From: Candidatus Woesearchaeota archaeon
Lineage (GTDB): Archaea; Nanobdellota; Nanobdellia; Woesearchaeales; SKGA01
Direction: 5' to 3'
Assembly (NCBI GenBank): GCA_046546105.1
Contig: JBKGYN010000005.1
Span: 1 to 51,118 of the forward strand
DNA: 51,118 bases
The notes under the pieces were generated by a model. The model did no database searches and was not told the DNA's origin. It saw only the letters and a list, made by a program, of their open reading frames with translations. Made by a program: the position numbers and the translations under genes. Position 1 is the first letter of the stretch, and every line of letters starts with the position of its first letter. Shown here piece by piece: positions 41,787 to 50,118 of the stretch.

Positions 41787-44027
41787 CTATGCGAGGTTTC
41801 CGATGATATTTCCCGCAACGATGTTGAAAAGCAGTATGATGATAAAGGCAAGTGTGCAGTAAAGACCGGTCGCTTTTGTCATGTTCTGTCCCAGAAGATG
41901 CTCTTTCTGGATCCTGTCAGGTCCATTTTCTATGCCATTGGCGATGACCGAGAGGATAAATGATAATTCCACCACATAGAGTCCTACGACTATCTGGAAC
42001 GGGTACGTTGGAATCCCTGTTCCGAACATCTGGAGCATACCGCCCCCTGCAACGCCTGCGCCGGCTGCTCCGCTTCCGAGCTCGCCGAGCTTGTTGCCGA
42101 GTTTTCCCAGGATCTTGGTGATCATGCTCGTGATTCCGATGACAACTCCTGAAATGACGGGTGTGAGGAATTTCACCTGGCTTTTCATGCTTGAGATGAC
42201 ATCACCCATAAGATCGTCGAGTCGTTCATCGACACGGTGCATCTGCTTGATGTATTCCGAGACATTGATAAGCGCTTGGCTTGCTACTCTAGGACCTTTC
42301 TTCGTCGATTCCACAAGTACTTTCATTGAACTTTCTATGAGATCCGACGGATAGAATTTCAGCGCTCCTTTCTCAGGGTCGAAAATTGCTTTCTCGACAT
42401 TCATTCCCAGCCTTGTGATGTTCATATGTGCTAGGTGAAAGAATTTGCCTGAAGTGGTCCCTTCCATCATCGCCGAGACTTTGCCGAATGACATCTCCGC
42501 AGGGATGCCATCGCCGATCCTGTTTCCGAGTTGGAAGAGTGCTGATGAGAACTCCAGTTCGAGCTTCTTTGATTGGTTTCTCACCTTGATTATCTTTCTT
42601 GATCTGAGCTTATAATAGAGTCCCATGCTATAACCGATGCCTAAAGGTATGAGTATGCCCAAGAGCACTGCTCCCATCCCGAATGGACCTACCATCTCGC
42701 CCTCGTGCCCTTCTTCACTCCGTTCCCTGTAGTCGAGAAAATAATATAGGACATCAGATTCGTCATCATATTGGAGATTCTTGAATTGTGGTCCTGTCTC
42801 TGTCTGCACGATTCCGAAGTCTGTTTGCGGGTTTATGGCGTGGAATGCCAGTGGAAAGATCCCTATGAGAAAGAGTACAATGGCAAAGAGTGCTGCCAGT
42901 GATGCTGGGTTGAGATAGAGTTTCTGACCGCCTAGATTCAGCGGTATTTTCTGGTATTTCTTGAGTTCAGGATTCTTTTCAGTGATATCTTCTCCCCCTG
43001 ATCCTCCTGGTCGTGTCGAGAGTATCTTTGTCCCGAGATAATAGACCATTGCAGGTAGTGCGATGTTGTAGATGACAAAGAGATGATACCATCTGAATCC
43101 CTCCATGAAACTGACAACCAATGGGAGAATGACTAGAGTGAGGATCGGCAGGACGACACCGAGCATGTTAAGCGTAGTGAGGGGTCCTTTGAGGTTATGT
43201 GCATAGTGAAGCATCTTCTCATACGTCTCATCTAGCATGACATTGAGCGCTTTATCAAGACTACCCAGACGCCGTTCATTGACTGATTCGAGAAGCGATG
43301 ATTGGATGAGGTTCATGCTCTCGACGAACTCCTGATTCCATTTCCTCCATCTTTCCAGATAATCATCAAGCGATACTTTTATCGATTCGTACTTTCCTGT
43401 TTCCACATCCCAGACCACTTTGCGCAGATCAAGTGATAGGGGCGGGTTCAAGTGTTCTGACGCGAAGTTTATAGCTAGTTCCAGATTTGACGTGTGTCTC
43501 ATGTACGTGACGATGTAGAAGATAGAGAGAACCATCTGGTTTGACGCTCTCATCCGCCATTGATTGGCAAGTGTTGATGGCAATCCTTGTAATGCGATCA
43601 TGATCGCCAGACCACCCACTACAGAAACGATCACGAAAAACATATTCCCTTCACCGCCCATCATTACAGGCATCATGAAGAACATGATCATGGAAACGAG
43701 AATGAGAAGGAGGGGTATGAGAATCGAAGCGCTGTACACACCCGTTGCGGTGGTGTTGAGATGGCATGTTCTGATTGCATCCTCGTAGCTTTTCTGCTTT
43801 CCCTTGTCCGGCTGGATGTTCAGCGTCTTTTCCGCTGTCTGGCAGATTTTTTCATAGATCGAGAGGTGTTTCGGGATGTATTGCTGTTTGAACTCTTCGT
43901 ACTCTCTCGTGTTCACTTCTTTTTCGAGCTTTTCCTGATCGCTTGCTGAGGAGTTTCCTGAAAGCTCTGATTCTAGCCGCTGCTTGTACATCTTTGATAC
44001 TTGGCTGAAATCAGAATCGTCACTCAT
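41787..44027 (-). CDS. Type II/IV secretion membrane platform protein (TadC/PilC/ArlJ-like, two T2SSF-like halves)
   Basis: Multi-TM; two cytoplasmic domains (YMRHTSNLELA; LGNRIGDGIPAE); follows the secretion ATPase. Confidence 0.8.
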   Translation of the reverse strand: MSDDSDFSQVSKMYKQRLESELSGNSSASDQEKLEKEVNTREYEEFKQQYIPKHLSIYEKICQTAEKTLNIQPDKGKQKSYEDAIRTCHLNTTATGVYSASILIPLLLILVSMIMFFMMPVMMGGEGNMFFVIVSVVGGLAIMIALQGLPSTLANQWRMRASNQMVLSIFYIVTYMRHTSNLELAINFASEHLNPPLSLDLRKVVWDVETGKYESIKVSLDDYLERWRKWNQEFVESMNLIQSSLLESVNERRLGSLDKALNVMLDETYEKMLHYAHNLKGPLTTLNMLGVVLPILTLVILPLVVSFMEGFRWYHLFVIYNIALPAMVYYLGTKILSTRPGGSGGEDITEKNPELKKYQKIPLNLGGQKLYLNPASLAALFAIVLFLIGIFPLAFHAINPQTDFGIVQTETGPQFKNLQYDDESDVLYYFLDYRERSEEGHEGEMVGPFGMGAVLLGILIPLGIGYSMGLYYKLRSRKIIKVRNQSKKLELEFSSALFQLGNRIGDGIPAEMSFGKVSAMMEGTTSGKFFHLAHMNITRLGMNVEKAIFDPEKGALKFYPSDLIESSMKVLVESTKKGPRVASQALINVSEYIKQMHRVDERLDDLMGDVISSMKSQVKFLTPVISGVVIGITSMITKILGKLGNKLGELGSGAAGAGVAGGGMLQMFGTGIPTYPFQIVVGLYVVELSFILSVIANGIENGPDRIQKEHLLGQNMTKATGLYCTLAFIIILLFNIVAGNIIGNLA

Positions 44028-44031
44028 CGTA

Positions 44032-46344
44032 TTATGCCCGTATATTTTCGCGTTGTTGTTTTTTCATCTGTCTTCGCTTGACCTCTCGTTCAAGCCAGGA
44101 ATTCCATTCGAAATAAATCTGGTCGTTATCGGGTTTTCCTTTTCTCTTGATGATTTTTTCCACTGTCTTGTGGAACTTATCATTTGCCAGGATGACAAAG
44201 TCCGCTTCCAGGAGTTCTGGCATCTCGTATTCTTCGCTTATCTCATAGACTCGTTGCTTGGTCTTCGCCCGTAATTCGATGTTCTCCCACATAGCATCCC
44301 AGTTGCCGGTGTATTCCTTGACCTTTCCGGCGATTTCTTTTAGGATGTCGCTTTCTCCGTTGAGCAGTTCTTGTGTCGGCTCGAGCTCGTCAGTTTCGGC
44401 ATTGTATTTCATGAGATCGACAAAACCGTTTTCCGTATTCGGATCATCCTCCCATGATTTTCTCACTTCGGTAATCTGAAGTACTCGTCGCATCTTGTGC
44501 AGCCCGTCTGCTGACTTGATAGGGTTTGCTATCACCACGATGTCGGTCGCTTTGAATGATGTTTTTGGAATCCCTATATCGTTGACTAGCCGGTCGAAGA
44601 TGCCATAAGGGCTATCACCGTGGATCGTACCGGCAACGACATTCGCTGCCGCTCCTACTCGCATCGCTTCATAGAGTGCCTTCGCTTCCCCGCTTCTCAC
44701 CTCGCCGACGATAAGAGCTGAATCTCCTAATCGTAGCGTGCTTCTGATACCATCATCCGCGTTGAACTCACCGCCTCCTTTCGAGAGTGCGCTTGCTACT
44801 TTCATTGGTTGTATATTGAAGCCCAGCTTTCTCATGGCTCCTGTTGGAAGCTCTAAAGTGTCCTCTATGGTAATGATCCTATGTCTTCTCATGATTTCTA
44901 TGAGCAGTGACGAGAGAAAGCTGCTCTTCCCGCTGCTTCGGGTTCCACACACTAGCATCGTTCTTGTTCCGTCAATGAGAAAGGAGAGAAGTCCTGCAGC
45001 CAGTGGCGATATCATCTTGTACTTGAGAAAGAGTGGTAGCGTCCACGGCTTGTCACGGTGGCGTCTGAACGAGAATGCAAGTCCTGAAGGGTCAAGCGGC
45101 CTGGTGATTGTTGATGTTCTCACACTCGCCCCAGGGAGTTCTATTTCAGTATCCAGAATAGGGTTCGCCTCGTCAAGCGGTCGTCCTGATACCATCCGCA
45201 GTTTCGTCGCCCAGCTTTCCGTATCACTGACTGTCGGATAGATGTTCGTGACACAATCATCATAAACGGCGTGCACTACAAAAATCGGGATCTCTCCGGC
45301 TGGACTATTGACAGAAATATCCTGTATCTTCTCATCAGAGAGGAGTACTTCTATAAGTCCGAATCCAACCGTATACCTGACCAGTATTCTCGCGAGTTCT
45401 TCCACCTTATCATCAGAGAGTGTCATCTTGCGATAGCTGGCCAACTCCTCGATAAGGTCCTTGCCGACATCGTAGAAGACTTCTCGCATCCGCATCGGAT
45501 CGGTGAATTCCTCCTTGTCCGGCTTGTGCTCGCTCATGATCTTTCGGGCCGTGTCAAGCAGGTCATAGACATCTTCTGAAAGCTTGAACTCTGGCGGCAT
45601 GACGTGATAGATATACTGGACCGATTCCGGAGTCTCGAAAACGACCACTTCCGTTTCTCCGATTGAATAATTATCCAGTTCCACAGCGTTTTTCGGATAC
45701 GTCGCCATGAGCTTCGTGAACATGAAATCTGGCTTGATCGTCGGGCTGAAAATGCGCCTGTATACATCCCTGTTTCCGATTTCATAACCTTCAACATATG
45801 GTTTTACAAGCGCAAAGAACTTCGTCGCTTCAAGCATCTTGAGCAGGTGTTCGAGAATCGAGATATAGTGCTTGTGTCCTTTGATGAGATTCTCTTCAAT
45901 CTCCTTGTCAAGGCGCACCATCTCGCGTCGCCTAATCCGTTTGATCTTGACATAACAGGCCAGAGGATCTTTTTTCAGTTCTGCAAATAGTACATTGTGC
46001 AGTTCGTTGTACTTGTTCGCCAGTTGGGCTGAAGCCACTGATTGTGCGAGTGACCCGTAGCTGAACAGTTCCTTGTGGTGCACGAGCTTGTTATAGAGCC
46101 TTGCGATCTCTGCCAACACCGATACTTGGTCGAAGTCGTATTCGTACTCGTGCTTTTGCATGAAGATGAGTTTTGTCGTTGCCGGATTCTCGATGAGTAG
46201 CGTGATCGCCTCTGACATCGTGACCTCATCATCCTCTATGGATGGAATCCTTCCTCGCGTGGTGTAATCGACGTTGAGAATGACATCATCTCCTTCCCTG
46301 ATGACTTCATAGTTGAGTTTCTTGTTCTGGGAACTGGTTGGCAT
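44032..46344 (-). CDS. Type IV pilus/VirB11-like secretion ATPase with long N-terminal extension
   Basis: GTRSSGKSS, TIEDTLEL, LRLGDSALIVGEVR and GTIHG motifs. Confidence 0.9.
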   Translation of the reverse strand: MPTSSQNKKLNYEVIREGDDVILNVDYTTRGRIPSIEDDEVTMSEAITLLIENPATTKLIFMQKHEYEYDFDQVSVLAEIARLYNKLVHHKELFSYGSLAQSVASAQLANKYNELHNVLFAELKKDPLACYVKIKRIRRREMVRLDKEIEENLIKGHKHYISILEHLLKMLEATKFFALVKPYVEGYEIGNRDVYRRIFSPTIKPDFMFTKLMATYPKNAVELDNYSIGETEVVVFETPESVQYIYHVMPPEFKLSEDVYDLLDTARKIMSEHKPDKEEFTDPMRMREVFYDVGKDLIEELASYRKMTLSDDKVEELARILVRYTVGFGLIEVLLSDEKIQDISVNSPAGEIPIFVVHAVYDDCVTNIYPTVSDTESWATKLRMVSGRPLDEANPILDTEIELPGASVRTSTITRPLDPSGLAFSFRRHRDKPWTLPLFLKYKMISPLAAGLLSFLIDGTRTMLVCGTRSSGKSSFLSSLLIEIMRRHRIITIEDTLELPTGAMRKLGFNIQPMKVASALSKGGGEFNADDGIRSTLRLGDSALIVGEVRSGEAKALYEAMRVGAAANVVAGTIHGDSPYGIFDRLVNDIGIPKTSFKATDIVVIANPIKSADGLHKMRRVLQITEVRKSWEDDPNTENGFVDLMKYNAETDELEPTQELLNGESDILKEIAGKVKEYTGNWDAMWENIELRAKTKQRVYEISEEYEMPELLEADFVILANDKFHKTVEKIIKRKGKPDNDQIYFEWNSWLEREVKRRQMKKQQRENIRA

Positions 46345-46524
46345 TCTCTCACGCTCTTTTCATTTTCGGGGTATTGCTCGTGGAGAAGTGGTCGTGTTCA
46401 GAAAAGCAGGCGTTCCAGCCTTGCCAGTATGTACTGATAGTATTATCACGTAGATTTTTTTCCGCGGACACCACACCTCTCACGGGTATTTAGCCATGAC
46501 CGTTTTATAAAGCTTGTCCTTTGC

Positions 46525-46705
46525 TCAGCATACAGTGCCCTGACCTCAGTAAGGCAAAATACTATCCACCGTATCCTGTTCACCGCGCAGCGGATCCCAG
46601 ATTTCGGAACCCTGTTCCCGGTTCCCTGTTTCCGGTACCCTGCATAGCAGCTCATTGTCCCCTATTCTCTGGTCCCTGTAACGCCGTTCACCGTTCCGTG
46701 TGCCC
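46525..46705 (+). repeat. Degenerate heptamer tandem repeat (intergenic)
   Basis: ATCCCAG ATTTCGG AACCCTG TTCCCGG TTCCCTG TTTCCGG TACCCTG ... TTCTCTG GTCCCTG. Confidence 0.75.
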
Positions 46706-46707
46706 TC

Positions 46708-47916
46708 TCAAGGTTTGTACGGTAGCAGGTACGGCGTCTTTTTCGCTTCTTCAGCTTCCTTGTATTTCTGCTGGATGTGGTAGAACATCTCTTTTCGCTC
46801 TTGTTTCGAGTAATACGTTTCCAGGAACTCGTTGACGAACTCTTCAAAATCCCCTTTGTTGATCGCTTCCCTGATGTCGTTCATGAATGTTGTCATGAAG
46901 TGCAGGTTGTGGATGGTAGCGAGCTTGTAGCCGAGCAGCTCGTGCTCTCGCAGGAGGTGGTGCAAGTATGCCTTGCTGTAATTCCTGCACGTGTGGCATT
47001 GGCAACCGTCCTCGATGGGTCCGTAGTCATGCTTGTACTTGACTTTCTTGACCGCTAATCGCCCTTCTCTTGTAAGCATCGATCCGTGCCTGGCGTTCGC
47101 TGTCGGATATATCGAGTCAAAACAGTCCACCCCCATCGCTACCGCTTGTATGATCTCTGCTGGCGAACCCAATCCCATGAGGTATTTGACCTTGTGCTTG
47201 TCGATGGTGTCCACGGCTACCTTGATGTTGCCGAGCAGTTCGTGGCGTTTCTCGCCGATGACAAGTCCCCCGAGCGCTATGCCGTCAAAGTCCAGTTCGT
47301 TGATCTTGTTTGTTGAGAATCGTCTGTATTCGGGTCGCACCCCTCCCTGGCTGATGCCGAACAACAATTGCTTGCTGTCAGTTTCTTTTTTGAGCTTCTT
47401 GTGGTGGAGCAGTGACCTGCGCGCCCACGAGTGTGTTCGTTTGATCGCATCGACGAATTCCTTTCCTGACTGGCCATAGTGCGTCACGTCATCGAGTGTC
47501 ATGGCAACGTCTGAACCCAGTCGCATCTGTGTCTCCACAGAGTTTTCGGGCGTGTAGTTCATCTTCTTGCCGCGCTTGTCCTTGAACAGCACCCCTTCTT
47601 CCGATTTCTTGAGCAGGAAATCCTTTGAGAGCACTTGGAAACCGCCGCTGTCGGTAAAGATCGTTTTCTTGAAGTTCATGAAATCATGGATCCCGCCGAT
47701 TCCCTCGACTACATCGGTGCCTGGCACGAGCGAGAGCAAGAACGCGTTTGAGATGATACTTTCAAAGCCGATGTCTTCCAGCTCGTCTCCTCGCATCGCC
47801 TTGACGGATCCTTTTGATGCTACTGGCATGAAAAAAGGTGTTTGGACCTTGCCGTGTGCTGTGTGCAAGAGTCCTGTCCGTGCTTGGCCGTCTTCTGCCA
47901 TGATCTCGAATGTCAT
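46708..47916 (-). CDS. tgt: tRNA-guanine transglycosylase, bacterial (queuosine-type)-like
   Basis: TPFFMPV, FTDSGGFQ, SQGG, YLMGLG, DCFD.YPT.NARHG and Zn site CQCHTC..H; no PUA domain. Confidence 0.88.
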   Translation of the reverse strand: MTFEIMAEDGQARTGLLHTAHGKVQTPFFMPVASKGSVKAMRGDELEDIGFESIISNAFLLSLVPGTDVVEGIGGIHDFMNFKKTIFTDSGGFQVLSKDFLLKKSEEGVLFKDKRGKKMNYTPENSVETQMRLGSDVAMTLDDVTHYGQSGKEFVDAIKRTHSWARRSLLHHKKLKKETDSKQLLFGISQGGVRPEYRRFSTNKINELDFDGIALGGLVIGEKRHELLGNIKVAVDTIDKHKVKYLMGLGSPAEIIQAVAMGVDCFDSIYPTANARHGSMLTREGRLAVKKVKYKHDYGPIEDGCQCHTCRNYSKAYLHHLLREHELLGYKLATIHNLHFMTTFMNDIREAINKGDFEEFVNEFLETYYSKQERKEMFYHIQQKYKEAEEAKKTPYLLPYKP

Positions 47917-48039
47917 AACAGTGGCGGGAATGCGCACGTGTTTAAAAAAGATTGTGCGCACCAGCAACCGTGTGCATTGTTGAGTGGTGTCAGAACCATA
48001 ATCATTATAAAGAGAAGCGAGAATTCTCCTCCTGATACA

Positions 48040-48570
48040 ATGAGAAATCGTTCTTGGTTGGCAAAAGCGGTCTTGTTTACTGGCACAGCAGTAACGCTTC
48101 TAGGTAGTTATAGTTGTCAACGGATCAATCCGCCAAGTCAATATGCTGATATCACTTCTGAAATCCGATTATCGGAAGAACCGGTTGATTCTGTGTTACG
48201 AGCGTATGAAGGGAATGCTGTTTCGATCGAAGGAACGTATGTCGGGCAATCTTATGAGTCCAGATTTCTCGGTGATGAATTATCGGTGCGGCTTGCTGTC
48301 GGCAGTGATACGATTGATGTTGAGGCGAGGGGCATTCCTGGTGATTACATGCGGTTGAAAAGAGGTCTTTCTCTCGATCAATCATCAGTGTCGACCGTAC
48401 AGTCCTGGCTTGCTGAGAAGAATTCGTTGGATGTGACCTTGTCAGGGATTGTTGACAATAACAAGTTTTACATGCACCGGATCAAGCATAACGGGTTGAG
48501 TTTCAACCTGTTGAAAAATGAGGAGTTCGCCGAAGGTAACCTTGTGGAATACCGGACATCAAAAAAATAA
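48040..48570 (+). CDS. Secreted/lipoprotein-like hypothetical protein
   Basis: Basic N-terminus, hydrophobic stretch, then GSYSC; TATA ATTATAAA about 30 nt upstream. Confidence 0.7.
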   Translation: MRNRSWLAKAVLFTGTAVTLLGSYSCQRINPPSQYADITSEIRLSEEPVDSVLRAYEGNAVSIEGTYVGQSYESRFLGDELSVRLAVGSDTIDVEARGIPGDYMRLKRGLSLDQSSVSTVQSWLAEKNSLDVTLSGIVDNNKFYMHRIKHNGLSFNLLKNEEFAEGNLVEYRTSKK

Positions 48571-48592
48571 CTCCTGCGAGTGTAAATTGACC

Positions 48593-49036
48593 ATGTTAAC
48601 TAAGAACGAACGTAAGGGAACAGTCGAGTATATTATCGATAAGGTTATCGAGAAAGGAACTCTTGTCAACAATACAGGCACTATCAAAAAGTACGAGGCT
48701 CATCTGCTGTATTGCTCGCTTGGCATCTTGAAGCCTGCTAATAAGAAATATTCTGCCGTCGTCGAGATTGCAGAAAGTTTCGGTAAACCTGACTTCAAAC
48801 CGGAAAGCTGGCAGGATGAATCCTTTGATGGCGTGCGAACGCTGTATCGTGGCGGCACTAATGGTTTGAACAGGGTCGTCTTGCAAGGCTTGTATTATCC
48901 TGAAGCTGACGGTCGGGTTCTTCCACCATCGGAACGGTTGCAGAGGTCTGTCAATCATGATGATGAGAGAAAATTAGCTCCTGAAGATATTGACCGTTTC
49001 GATGCGTTTCTGTCTTATGCTCGCAGGGAGTTATGA
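48593..49036 (+). CDS. Hypothetical protein
   Basis: 147-aa ORF directly downstream on the same strand. Confidence 0.6.
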   Translation: MLTKNERKGTVEYIIDKVIEKGTLVNNTGTIKKYEAHLLYCSLGILKPANKKYSAVVEIAESFGKPDFKPESWQDESFDGVRTLYRGGTNGLNRVVLQGLYYPEADGRVLPPSERLQRSVNHDDERKLAPEDIDRFDAFLSYARREL

Positions 49037-49082
49037 AGTGTTTTCGTGAGAAAAGCTATTGCAAGGATAGGAGATACGACGT

Positions 49083-49244
49083 TCAAACATCGCTTTTACC
49101 GCTTGCTTTCCTGATCTTATCCATTATCGCTTGTCCGAACCCTTCATCGTTGATTGCCTTGAGAAGTATGAGATCATGACCTTGATGGTCTGATTCCCTG
49201 AAATCCTTGAATAAGTTCTTTCCCATATCAGTTTCGTTCTCGCC
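49083..49244 (-). pseudogene. sua5: 3' remnant of sua5 (threonylcarbamoyl-AMP synthase C-terminal SUA5 domain)
   Basis: Translates GENETDMGKNLFKDFRESDHQGHDLILLKAINDEGFGQAIMDKIRKASGKSDV*, resembling the SUA5 C-terminal pattern NLF..LRE.D..G.D.I......G.G.AIM.R..KA; no upstream domain in frame. Confidence 0.6.
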
Positions 49245-49318
49245 CGAGCCGATAGGCGAAAGCGCAGCGGGGGTCGAGGCGAAGCCGAAGAAGTTTGAGA
49301 TTTGGGCGTATCAAGGAC

Positions 49319-49937
49319 GAAGTCTGAGCATTATTGAGTGTAATCACTGTTATGCGACCCGAGAGGGCGAAAAACACTGAAGAGAGAACGAGCAATTAAC
49401 TTGCGAGAGAACGAAGAAGATCGTTTTTCGGGTATGACGCAGGACTGAAAAGGACGAGTAATATCTCAGCATAATCCTTGTTATGTGTTTTTTCTGCAAG
49501 AAAAAATGCCGGAGCGAAGCGTAGGCACAGTATGGCGGAAGACAAATATTTATTGTTACTTGGAAAACAACGTGGTAATTGCTGCATAAATTAATGCTCC
49601 CATAATCATTGCTATGATTGCAATAATAATACCTGTGGGAAGTGATTCAAGAGACCAGCTCGTAGTAACACTTGCAATCATGACATCCGCAAGCGTCCCT
49701 AAAGCAATTACTATTGTTAACATTATCATTAATCGATTAGTTGTTTTATTATCCATATTATTTAGTTAATTAAACATGTATATAAATATTTGTCTGAGTA
49801 ATATTGCACATAATCACTGTTATACTCTCCGCAGGACAAGAATTTCAAGAGTGGCTTGCTCACTCGACAGAAATTCGCAGAGTAAGGCGCAAGAAGAAGT
49901 CTGAGCATTATTGAGTGTAACACATTGTATGCGTGAA
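49319..49937 (+). mobile_element. Array of four directly repeated dif-like recombination sites delimiting three cassettes (131, 339 and 107 bp)
   Basis: 11-6-11 sites at 49333-49360, 49464-49491, 49803-49830 and 49910-49937, each preceded by or overlapping a GAGYAWTAT motif; adjacent tyrosine recombinase. Confidence 0.75.
49556..49756 (-). CDS. Small two-TM membrane protein (cassette cargo)
   Basis: 66 aa, two hydrophobic helices, AT-rich, own TATA (TTTATATA at 49786-49779). Confidence 0.7.
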   Translation of the reverse strand: MDNKTTNRLMIMLTIVIALGTLADVMIASVTTSWSLESLPTGIIIAIIAMIMGALIYAAITTLFSK

Positions 49938-50118
49938 ACGCTGAATTCCTTCGTTTGGATGTGTTCATCCGCTCGTTTTTGTTGTTTCACTCAGAAAAAA
50001 CTGTTGTGTCTGGTAAGTGAGTGTCAACATCTATCATTCGCTTGTTTTCGCAATATTTCCGGATGTTATGCAGAAATCGTTTTTAAAGATGTTTGTGGCA
50101 AGGTGTTTTGATGTTCTT

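Noticed and set aside
49319-49937. CRISPR array
   Set aside because: Spacing is irregular (131, 339, 107 bp), one interval holds a gene, repeats are degenerate, and there are no cas genes.
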